Shown one piece after another: positions 50,549 through 61,900 of a stretch of 64,000 nt of DNA (position 1 is the first letter of the stretch; every line of letters begins with the position of its first letter). Both the position numbers and the translations under genes were made by a program. The notes beneath the pieces are model-generated. The model was given only the letters and a program-made list of their open reading frames with translations, had not been told where the DNA came from and did no database searches. This DNA comes from Lepidodermella squamata (Eukaryota; Animalia; Gastrotricha): the NCBI GenBank assembly GCA_047495785.1, contig JBLDXI010000001.1, positions 1,364,001-1,428,000 on the forward strand, in the 5' to 3' direction.

Positions 50549-51856
50549 CTAATTTCTCTCGTACGGCTTCGAGAAAGGATTGAAATTGTTTGATTGAGAG
50601 CCAACGTTGCCTGAAGGGGCGTAATTACAGACCTAAACCAGAACAAAAACAGAAGCAAGTAATGAAAGAATCAGAATAATAGAACTAACCAAATATCTGT
50701 TCAAACCGGATCCGCCACATGTTGCCCTTCCACATCTGAATAAAATTTGAAAAGCAGGACGCTCAGGAAGCCCTTGATTAATCATATTAAAACGTACCCG
50801 ATGTATTTTGTACCTACAATGAAAGGTGAAAAAGTTTACTTGAGCTCTGAAGTGATCATGACTTACCTGCCCAAATGACTTGAGTGTAGTGGCCCACTGG
50901 CTGGTCATTTTTAGCTCCTGTGCCATATTCCCAGTCTTTCTTTTCATCCGCCCATGACGTTATGCATTCCGTCCATGGCTGATCAAAACTCGCGAAGCAC
51001 ATATTCTGCCCGATCATTCCGAAGCCTGGCTTCTCTTGAATGCCTCGGTTGTCGTTGTCATCGTGATTCTGGGAGCACTGGGCGGCCCAACTGATTGAAA
51101 AAAATTAGCCTCAAGAAAAATAATCGAGAGGACATCATACTTAGCTGCGCCACGCGCAAGGTCATCATCCCATTGCAAGTCAGGGATTGCTGTTTTTGCT
51201 GGAGGATCGACACTTTCTAAAACATCTCAAGCTTTACATTTTAGTGAACTATTTGAACTCCTCACTCCTCCATTTGGAATGCTCGTTAATTATCTCTTTG
51301 ATTATATCAGCTGTGACAGCAGGCACACTTGCACCTCGCTTGTAGGCAAGGCACATGGAATGTGGAGGTTGCAAACCATAGGGACAGTTCTAATCAACAA
51401 ATCGAATGAAATGAACAATTCGATAAAGTTCTATCTTACAGTAGCCGGCGACTGAGCTGGGCTCGAATTTGTGGGCTTTGGCCCTGGCTGTGGCGCTGGA
51501 ATGTCATCGACTTGTTCCTTCGTTGTATCAGGCTGAGGTTCTGGTGCAGGGGCAGGGTTGCTTGATGAGCAAGTAGGAGCCGGCGAGCTCCACTTTTTGC
51601 CCTTAGCCGTTAATTTGGCAGCACAAATTATTTCAGCAGTTGGTGTAGGCGCCGACCCATCCATGCAAGCATAGGTTACTGTAGCCTTGTAATTACTTCC
51701 CTCCACCTCACTCGACATTCCTGCAACGTAGCCACCCGCGACATTCGGTGGATCTCCGCAAGGCTTCGGATCATCATCGCCATCCTGCGCAACATTTGGC
51801 TGGATGAGGAATGTGCCAAATGCTAAAGCCAAGGTCAGTAAAAGCTCTCCTCTCAT
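50549..51856 (-). CDS. Secreted Sushi-CAP protein
   Basis: Signal; CGDPP..YACMDG..IC..WSSPAPTC; HSMCL; GQNMCF, GHYTQVIW, 16-nt micro-exon (GTKYIG), VCNYAPSGN; ends PYERN*. Confidence 0.87.
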
Positions 51857-52419
51857 TTTTCCAGCAACAATATGTGAAGGGATAAGTATTAAGGCCGATT
51901 AACGTAAGCGGCAGCGGTCATCACGTTATTAAAGCTAACCTCTTGTCATGTGTATTTGTTATTATATAAGTATAGTATAACGCTTGGAGATAAACATGAA
52001 TAAACCATCATCTAGCAGTGCATAGTAAATTACTCAAATTTCTTTAGGGACATACTTTTTCCAGTGAAAATTTGAGTTTTCCCAAAATTGATCTTAAGAA
52101 ATCAAGAGGACAGTTCTTGCAGATAACTCATCGACCTAGCTCAACCCAGCAAATGGCGAATAAATGACAGTTTAAGACCTTCGTAAATGATGCCTAAAAG
52201 CGTGGAAATGTTGTCGTTCATGGGTCCATCACTAGGCTCTGTCAGCAGCCTTAACAAGACTTGTCTCACCTCCGATTTTTCATTAATAGAGGCATCCGAT
52301 TCATTCGTGATGTTTTCAATTTTCCATTCCCTGCTCCGTAATTTCATTAGATCTCCAATCTCCAGAGCAACAAATAACGCTAGATTTTCAATTTATTTTC
52401 GCTAAAAGTTCATAAACAG

Positions 52420-54052
52420 TTAAAAAGATGAGATCCACTGGCTAAAATCAATTGTGAAAACATTGGGCTAATTCGAGCGGTAGTTTGGTTTAATTGAACC
52501 TGTTTCGGAGAAACTCATAGAATTTGCGGCGGCGATTTCGTAGGCTTTGTGGCGGCGACGGCAGGTTGCACGGACTTCCACCCGCGGCTTGTGCTTGAGA
52601 GCATGGTGAATTGGGGGCAGGCTGAGTTAGTTGTGCTGGTTGGGCTCGAGAGCAAGGTGACGGCTGGGTGTTGGAGTCTGAAGCCTGCGAGGCCGCTCGA
52701 CTGCAAGGCGATTGATCTACTGGGCTCGGATCTGGGGGAGGCGGCGTTTGCGCGTTGTTGTTCGCAGCTTGACGGAGGCTGCACGGCGATGGAGGTTGAG
52801 TGGGGTCAGCCACTTGCGACGCAGCAGCAGAACATGGCGATTGCACTGGAGGCGGGGGCTGTGTAGGTGGCAGATTTGTCAGTGCTTGCAGCAAAGAGCA
52901 TGGAGATGGGGTCCGGGGACCACTCGGGCCGCTTACTCCACAAGGGCGAGAAACAGGCCGCGGCGGAAGAGCTGGAGCTAGATTCGCGATATTTGGAGGC
53001 GTAGTCCTAGGACGAGCCGAGGTGGCAGCAATTGGCTGTGGTGGGGGTTGAGTTGGTGCGACTTGAGCCTGGTTACAAGGTGTCGGAGGGGAAGTTGGAC
53101 TAGCCTGGTTGTTGCAAGGCGACAGCTGCCGTGGTGGGACTTGCACTGGAGGAAGAACAGCAGGCGGTGGCAATGCGGGTTGAGCTATCGGTTGTTGATT
53201 ACTGCATGGATTCGCTGGTAAAGCTTGATCAGCGGCTTGTTGTGCGCCGCATGGCGAAGGCTGCTGCGGCGGAAGTTGCATTGGGGGCAGAACAGCAGGC
53301 GGCCAAGCTGGCTGAGCTACTGGCTGCTGGGCTCCACATGGATTTGGCGGTAAGTTTTGGTTTAGCGGCAGTTGGGGTCCTCCACATGGCGACGGCTGAG
53401 GCAAAGGCGGTAATTGAGACAAGACCGCGGAAAGATCAGGCAGTTGATTGTTGCAAGGTGAGGGCAAGGCGGGATTACTGGCCGCTTGCTGGCCACACGG
53501 TGACTGGAGTGGCAATTGAGGTGGAAGAACAGGGGCCGGCGCAGCTTGTTGGGGTGAACCGCAAGGAGCAGACGCAACGTCATTTCTCGAGCATGGCTGC
53601 ATTCCAAGTTGGCTAGGCAGCATTGGGGGTGGATTCATCATGGGGAAAGTGGGAGGCGGTTGTTGGCCAGCGCATGGCGATGACACAGCGTTTCCGCAGG
53701 GTGATGATGCAGGGGGCTGCCAATCGCCGGAGTTCACGTCGGCTATTCTCCGCCCAGAGACATTCGGCAGGGGCGCGGGTGGAGCTCCATTGCAAGTTGG
53801 GAATGTTTCAGTGTCCCAGACGCCATTCTGACAGCTGGCGCGAGCGGGTCCGCTGAGTTGGCCGCCATTTGCACAGTAGAACAGAACCCGTCGCGTGAAA
53901 ACCAGATTACCACTGTCGTCGTAGCGGAAATTCGAAGACATCCAGTTAGCACTTGCTGCATTAGGTCCAGTCGGTACAGGGCATCTAAGGTCTTGGCCAT
54001 TTACCGCAGCGATGAATAAACCAACCATAGTGACAGCCACAAAACGCGCCAT
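52420..54052 (-). CDS. Secreted Sushi + Pro/Gln-rich protein with about 20 xPC motifs (putative disulfide-crosslinked structural protein)
   Basis: Signal; Sushi CPVP...FYCANGGQLSGPARASCQNGVWD..FPTC; repeated SPC[GNS]. A probable short last exon (SQWISSF*) follows an intron at about 52442-52499. Confidence 0.85.
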
Positions 54053-54466
54053 TTTAGTAGCGAAAAAATGAAAATGATCTCAGCTTCAGCGGCATTAAAT
54101 ACCGCTGAGCACCTAACGAGCCGTGCTCTATGCAAATATTGGCTCGACATAAAGCCCGATGCGAAGCTGTGTTGCAAACAGTTTACCAAAACACTCGCTC
54201 GTTCACCAAGTCAACAATAACAAATTAGAAACAGAGATACTCTGAACTGTATTCTCTGCATCAACAACTTTATCTCGCCGTTAACTAGAAAATCTGGGTC
54301 TTGCAGTGCAAAAAAATGACATGCACCAACAATTTTCAAGTGCGATACGAATTCACAAAAATTGTTTTATTCAAAATATTCTTCGTTCATCTGAATCTGC
54401 TATTAATAGTCAAGGTTAAAATGGATCGTGAAAGTACAAGTCTCAGTCTTTGAAATAATTTATTTT

Positions 54467-55984
54467 TCAACCACGTTGACAAGGTGAAGGAGCAGCATTA
54501 GGGGAAGCGGGAGATCCGCATGGCGAAGCGACAGGGGGAGCCATTGGTGGCGGAGGAGGAGGCGGCATCATTGGTGGTGGTGCCGGTCGATTGCATGGCG
54601 ATGGTGGCGCATTCGGAGATGGTGGGGATCCACATGGTGACTGCATTGGCGGCATAACACGCGGAGGTGGTGGGGGCTGAGTAATAGGAAAAGCATGGTA
54701 TAGAAATATCGTCAAAGAAGTGACTCGAAGATCCAACTCACCGGTGGCATCATTGGAGGTGGTGCCGGACGATTGCATGGAGATGGTGGCGCATCAGGAG
54801 TTGACGGGGACCCGCAGGGTGACTGCATTGGCGGCATAACACGCGGAGGTGGTGGGGGCTAAACAATTGAACAAATATTGGCATAAATAGTCTCAACAAA
54901 GAAGTGGCACGGATTATAAAAAAGTTATATTTGAGATTCAACTCACCGGTGGCATCATTGGAGGTGGCGCCGGTCGATTACATGGAGATGGCGGCGCATC
55001 AGGGGCAGGCGGGGATCCGCAGGGAGACTGCATTGGCGGCATAACACGCGGAGGCGGTGGGGGCTGAATAATTGATAAAAAACAGTTGAAAATTAGGAGT
55101 CATCGCGATGAAGGCGCTCGGAATATAGCTAATGTCACTGGGGCCAACTCACTGGGGGCATCATAGGTGGTGGCGCCGGTCGGTTGCATGGTGATGTCGG
55201 CGCATCAGGAGTCGGTGGGGATCCACAGGGTGACTGCATTGGCGGCATAACACGCGGAGGTGGCGGGGGCTGAATAATAGGAAAAGCATATAAAAGCTCA
55301 AGTCTCATGGAAGAAGGGAGTAGGTAGATAGCAATAGCCATATGCAAGTCAACTCACCGGAGGCATCATTGGCGGTGGCGCCGGTCGATTACATGGAGAT
55401 GGCGGCGCATCAGCAGTCGGCGGGGAGAAGCATGGCGATGCCACTGGCGCACGGGCAGGTGGAGGCTAAAAGATTGCAAGAAATATATCGAGTATTACCA
55501 GTCGTGACATTGAGCTTACTGGAGGCATCATTGGCGGCGGGGGTGGCGCTTGCCCACAAGGAGAACTCGGAGGTTGTCCGCATGGTGAGCTGGCGGGTGG
55601 ATTCCATTGAGGAGGTTGATTCCATTGAGGAGGTTGGTTCCATTGTGGAGGTTGATTCCATTGAGGAGGTTGACTTGCTGGGGGATTCATCATCGGTGGG
55701 CGTGGAGCGGCAGCACCGCAAGTTGGGAAATTGTTTGTGTCCCATTTGCCATTCTCACAATTGGCGGAAGCCTGGCCACTCAAAGCACCGCCATTAGCGC
55801 AGAAGAAGAGAACTTTCCTTGTGAAGATCAGCTTCCCGCTGTCGTCGTAACGGAAGTAGGCCGACTGCCAGTTGGCTTGAGCTGCATTTGCGTTTGTCGG
55901 CATAGCGCAGAACATGTCGGTTGTCTGAGAAACGGCTGCGAGAATACATGAAGATAAAACGGCCGCCTTCACGAGAACAGCCAT
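54467..55984 (-). CDS. Secreted Sushi + QPPQWN repeats + exon-encoded Pro/Met/SPC repeats; paralogue of 52420-54052
   Basis: Closely similar Sushi (FRYDDSG.L.FTR.VLF.CANGG). Phase-0 exons 55465-55358, 55269-55153, 55063-54947, 54858-54742 and 54676-54467. Confidence 0.87.
54560..55465 (-). repeat. Tandem exon+intron duplication units (about 180-210 bp; 117-nt exons)
   Basis: Repeated PPPPPRVMPPMQSPCGSP..PDAP.SPCNRPAPPPMMPP exons, each followed by a gtgagttg donor. Confidence 0.85.
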
Positions 55985-56426
55985 TTTTTGAGGAATAAAT
56001 ATAAAAATTTATGAAGAATTATGTTTTGACTGAGTATTATATAGGGCGGGTCCGCATCACGTTGCACCCACTCCTTATTCCTTACTCGCCACGTAATCGT
56101 GGGTCGAACATCAGATAGCTAACAACTTCAGGGGAGAATAAGCTTCCAGTGCATTTTTACAGTTTTCCTACGAGCAATACACCTACCCAAGATGTTTCTA
56201 TCAAGCTGCCTTAATGTAATAAGCAACGCGGATCCACCAGTCCGTCAACAGCGATTCGCCATTAAGGGAACAAGTAATGTCACCACGCATCATAAACCAC
56301 AGGTTGCACCGAGTGTGCACCAAAAAACTTGCACTTGGGCTAATAATCAACTGGTACTAAAACTTCATAAAATTAACAGGAATTCAAAATAAGGTTTAAT
56401 TTAAAAAATCAATCAACATAAAAGTA

Positions 56427-58468
56427 TCAATTAATAGCATAAGGCCTAGCGTAAGGATCGGATCCGTTTGTTCCAACGTTTCCACCGGGAGCGTAGTCAC
56501 AGACCTTAAGCAATATTCAAATAGCATTGCTGATTAATCTCAAGATTTCGAGACCTACCAAAACATATTCTACTGAAGCATTTCTGCAACGCGTTTTGCC
56601 ACAGCCGACGAAAAAGGTGTCACCCCATACCAATCTGTGAAGTGAAATGGTGCGAAAATCTGATATAGTTTGATTCGAAGTCCTTACTGAGTATAATGGC
56701 CGATTTGACCTTTTCCTACTTGTCCTGAACCATAGCGCCAATCTTTAATGAAAGTTCATATACCAGGTATTTTGATAACAAAAGTGAAGTTGTCCAGTTT
56801 ACCTTTTCGCTCTGCAGCCCAGCTGTTGATACATTCCGTCCAAGACATTGAATAACCCCAAGAGTAGCAAATATTCTGCCCAACCCAGTCGTAAGCAGAA
56901 CCTCTCGCGCCACGCAATGGTAATGCACGATTTTCTCCACGGTCGTGTCCCATCACGCATTGTGCCGCCCAGCGCTCAGCCATTGTGGCTAAGTCATCGT
57001 CCCATTGAAGCTGAGGCAAAGGAAAGTTAGCAGGAGGTGATACTCGACCTTAATAGCAATAGAATAAGTTGCCTGTGAAAACTATAACAACATTTACTTC
57101 TCCAATAGTTATGCCGTGATATGATTTCAGCAGGCGGGCTACGTTCATAGCCTAAAAAGTTCGTTGAATCATTCAAGCACATAGCGTGAGGAGCTTTCAG
57201 GTTGTATCGACATTTTGGCTGTAAGGAAGCTTTAAATGCCTATAAACGCATTCGATCTCAGAAGGACTCACCCCTCTTGGAGGAAGAGTAACCGGAGGTC
57301 CACCGCCTGAGCTGCTAAGGTAAAATCCACTTCCCGAGAAGGAGTCACCGCTTGCCTCATCTTCCGCGGATTCGTTATCTGGCTCGTCCGAGTTAGCTAT
57401 TTTGTAAGGTTGAGCATACGCATTTTGACCATTCAAAGCCAAGTTTCCACCAGGGCCATAATTGCAGATCTAGGATTCATTCACTTCGAGGGTAACTACT
57501 AGTGTTTATTGGACTTACAAGAATATGCCGAAGTCCTTCGCATTTGACCCTACCACATCCAACAAATAGCGTGTCTTGCCAAACTAGTCTAAAAATAGTA
57601 TTTAAAATGATTAGCTTTAGTTTAAATATCTCACTGAGTGTAGTGGCCGACTATTCCAGTTCCTAATTGCCCAGTGCCGTATCTCCAGTCCTTCCGTTCT
57701 TCGGCCCATTTATCGATAGCCGCAGTCCAGTTCGGTGCTGTAAAACCCCAACCGATATACATATTTTGACCTACCTTTATAACAATGCCATAATGAGTTC
57801 TGAGCATTTAATAACAAGAAACGAACCCAAGACCACGCTGGCCGATTCGGTGGCCGCTCTGGAATTTCTCTGGCAGATGTGGGGGTATGTTCCAGCGAAC
57901 ATTGAGCAGCCCATCGCTCAGCTATCAAAGCCAAGTCTTCGTCCCATCTCAATTTTGGCAAGGGTCGTCTTGATGGGGGCGACAGGTTTTCTCGCCAGTA
58001 GTTATGTCTGAGCAGGATTTCGCTCTGAGAACTAGGCTCTATCGCTTCAAGAGCAGGTGAATTCGGCAAACATATAGCGTGGCTTTGCGGCAGACCATAT
58101 TTGCAGTCGTACTAAAATATTGGAAAAATAGGCATTCCAGTTTCAGCTTAGATAAATGAAGTTACTGTTTGAGTGAAAGCGGGGCGAGGCGTACGAGGCG
58201 ATGATGTAGCAGCTAAACTGCAAATTGGCAACGGGTCCATCCATATTCCGTTGACACAGTTGACAATTCCGCTCCCGATCAGAGTCCCACGGAGGCAGAT
58301 GTAGGTAAATTTTATTGACCTCGATAATACTGTGTTATTTGGCAGCGTTCTGGTAGAAATCTGCTGCGAGGCTATGAAACCGCCCGCAACATCGGGTGGA
58401 TTATCACACGGGGCAGCTGCTATGAATGTCAGTGAGATCAAGTTTAAAAGTAAGCGAGGCTTAATCAT
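56427..58468 (-). CDS. Secreted Sushi protein with two tandem CAP domains
   Basis: Signal MIKPRLLLNLISLTFIAA; CDNPP...YICLRG..IVNCVNGIW..PIC; two CAPs (RHNYWR, WAAQC, GHYTQ, CNYGP/CDYAP) joined by ...LPPRG|PKC. Confidence 0.85.
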
Positions 58469-58938
58469 TTTGGACACACTTCTTTTGTTATAATTTCAGT
58501 GCCCGGCTCTGCTTTTTGTTGTAGTAATGCTTTGCTTGTTTCATTTCTCTCGTTCTCACTTGCTTCCTTGTTTTGCCATTTGGTGCAACTCAAACAAAGC
58601 GTGGCATGGATGAGCATCCGAATGATATAATCATGCGGCTAAACAACACGCGCTCGCCACAGTGTAGTTACGCCGACGCTATTCTACAGAATTCCGCTCA
58701 CTTATTCAAAACTTCCATGAAAAGCCACATTAATAAAGGCAGTACAAATTATGAATGGAAAACAGATCAGGTTGGTCGTTTAAATAAAATCGTAGGCGTT
58801 CGACGGCATCCAAAAAAAGAAGGGCCATTCATTTCCATGGAGGAGTACGTCCTCTTTTTGGGGTATCGAGATTCTAGGAGAAGTGAATAGCTAAAAATTC
58901 TCGCATGGGCAAGGAGCAAGAAGAACTTTCTTGAAAAA

Positions 58939-61900
58939 ATGAGTTTTCTCGGGATATTATCGATGCTTGTGATCGGTAAGGAAATTAATTCCATTGCTGC
59001 TTTTAACATTCCAGCCTAATTTTTAGTCGCGGTGATCACAAAGCCTGTCCGATCTCAAGTCAACTGCGATACTATAAAAATCGTGGTTCCTCAAATCACT
59101 CTGGACAGTACATCTGTCGTGGTTCCAGAATGCCAAACAACTGGGTCACAAGTCAAGATTGTTTACGCCAACGTAGGCCTATACGGCCAAGATACTTCAA
59201 CCGGTTTTGCCACTTCAGTTAAGGCTTTCAATCCAGGCTCATCAACGGCGACGACTACACCTACCTGTAATATTTTGTGATTAATGCCGATTTTGCTCAT
59301 GAGTTTCTCTCAAGTGACTGGAACTATGGCGGGTTTAGTTTGGGACATGACGACGAACAACACTTGCATGTCGCTGACGTCGAGTTCTGTTACTCCAGCC
59401 GTTTGCTATTGTATGCTTTAAATTAGGACCGAATGTTAGAAAAAGCCGAATGTTATTTCGCTCATCCAGATTATCTCTTGCTAAAGGGCTTCACCGCCTC
59501 AGTATATCTTGATTATGAACAGCTGCAGTCGAATGGATTCGCTTTTCAAGTTCAGCCATCCGTAATCCGAAACTCAGGCGGCTGTTCATGGACAGCTCGT
59601 TCGACGATTTATATTACAGTCCAAGACTGCAGTAAGTTTTAAGGAAGCTTCACTCTTCATATCAGTTGCCTTTCTAATTTCCTCAGACGAGACTCCGGTG
59701 ATTCAAACTGCAACTGGTCAGACGTTCTCTGTATTTGAATACGATAATCTGAGCCCGGTCTCAAATTATTATGGAACTATCTGCAGCCTTTCGGTGACTG
59801 ACCCGGATATCTACAACAATGTTTTTGGCGGCGGGTCACTTTCAGTTACCGCTGTAATCCGACCTAACGCTGGGAGCGTTGCTGCCCCTGATAGCAACGT
59901 GTTTTTCATAGCGAATCCTTCATTTCTCTACAACAACACTAACACCGCCGTTCTGAGCTACAACCCTAGTCGGTGTACCAATGTAACTGCTTGTTTACAA
60001 ATGATGCGAGCGGGATTCGACGGCGGAACTTGGTCTCTGTACCGAGTAACAGTAACGGCGACCGATGGTGGTGGGTTGAATACGTCTATCACCGTCAACG
60101 TTAACGTCACGCAAATTGTCCCAACCCCGCAATTCATCAACATGCCTGGAAACGTAACCATCTCCCAAAACACAGCTGGGCCGCTGCAGCTGTATCAAAT
60201 TCAGATGAAGATCGTCAACCCGAATACTTTGGTTTACACATCGCAGATCAGTGTCGTTCAAGTTACTCCTGCAGTGGCTGCATCGGGCACTTACATAGCT
60301 ATAGACCCGGTTTGTAACCCATCCGCAGGATCTGGAATTATTTGCTCTGGGTTAAATCTGACCAGCAGTGTCACGACTTCTACTTTCAACTATCAAAATG
60401 CGTCTGTTTATAATATAACAATCTGGGGATTGATTATCCCACCAGGCGGGTCGGGGCTTACCAGCCAAACGTGTTCCTCGTCGTTCCTGTTGTACATTAC
60501 CCCGACTAACAACCAGCCAACTCTTACGAAAACATCGGTTTGAACTTGTAGATTTTTTCAAAGCTTTGTTTTCATCGTTTCTTTTATTAGGATTCCTTAA
60601 ACTTGGCGGAAAATGCTGGTTACCCAAGCTGCATATACGATATGTCGAAAATTGCCGTAGACGCGAACAATGATGCAATTCTGTATCAGTTAGTGAGCGT
60701 CACGCAGACAGGATACAACTACATGTGGGGAGTCCAAGGATCTTGGATCTGTTACGATGGCGGTACCAATAAGTCCGTGGGGACATGCTGCAATCGAGTA
60801 TTTTCGCAATCGATTTCGCCTTATGTCATCACTGTGCGAGTTAGGGATTCGTTGCCTTCTCCTACAGTTTATGCCACATTCACTTACACGGTCAGCATAT
60901 ACCAATCAGGAGCTCCGCCGCAACTAGTCACAACTTCGGTTTGCGTTGCTAACCTGAATAATCGAATTATTTTTGTTTTGAAATTTTTCAGCCTTATATT
61001 GTGAACGATAACGCAACCAGTTATTCCTTCACAATCAGCGGTACTCAAAATTATCCTGTCGTCGGGCTGACTGCGAATTTGTTTTTCAATCTCACTGGGG
61101 TTTCGAAAACTTATAACGGGCAGTATTTCAACATGACCCAAACAACTACCCAAAACACAGGAAGCGCAACGTTGACTGCTTACAGCCCAAATACGCCGTT
61201 GTTTGACGCTTTGGCGTGTCCAATAATAACGATGAACGTAACGTTGACAGATACTCTCTACACTGTTACGAACTCACTGACGCTAAGCGTTAACCGCATC
61301 AATTCACCGCCGTATGCTACGAACTTACCGAATGCAACTTCGGTACCTGAGAATGCCACTGGAATTATAACATTTTTCACAGCAACTGGTTTCGATCGAG
61401 ATAACGACCCTGTTAGATACTCGTTCCTTTCATCTGGATCTGTGACTCAAACCATTCCTTACTTCTCTATAAACTTGGCCAGCGGAGGTAAGATTGAGCT
61501 TTGTTGAAATGAACCCGTTATATTTCATTGCTAATTTGTTAGCCGTGTTCTATGTGAATCCTACTTTCGACGCCGGAATTACCCCTACTTACACGTTGTC
61601 AATCCTAATTCAGTCTACTACAGTTGGGAATGTTGTTATGAACGCAACGTCAGTTCCGACTCTTACTGTTACGATAGCAAGGAACAATCGGGCGCCAACT
61701 TTCACATTCCCATTGCCCGGAAGCGGTCAATCTGGGTCTTCGTTCATTTTAGCGGACACTCTTACTGGACAGGGAAACATTGTCGCCTTCACGGCGTCTG
61801 ATAGAGAAAGCGATCAGGTTTTCTACAACATCACTGGTCAATCACCGCAGTACAACCCTGCATTTGTCATCGAATGGGGATCTAACAGTAATATTAAGCC

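Noticed and set aside
52141-52405. Short overlapping ORFs between the SPC-repeat gene and the 51856 gene
   Set aside because: No recognisable domain or clear splice link; probably 3' UTR or intergenic.
54560-55465. Regularly spaced repeats resembling a CRISPR array
   Set aside because: The repeats are 117-nt coding exons and the spacers are GT-AG introns; no cas genes; eukaryotic context.
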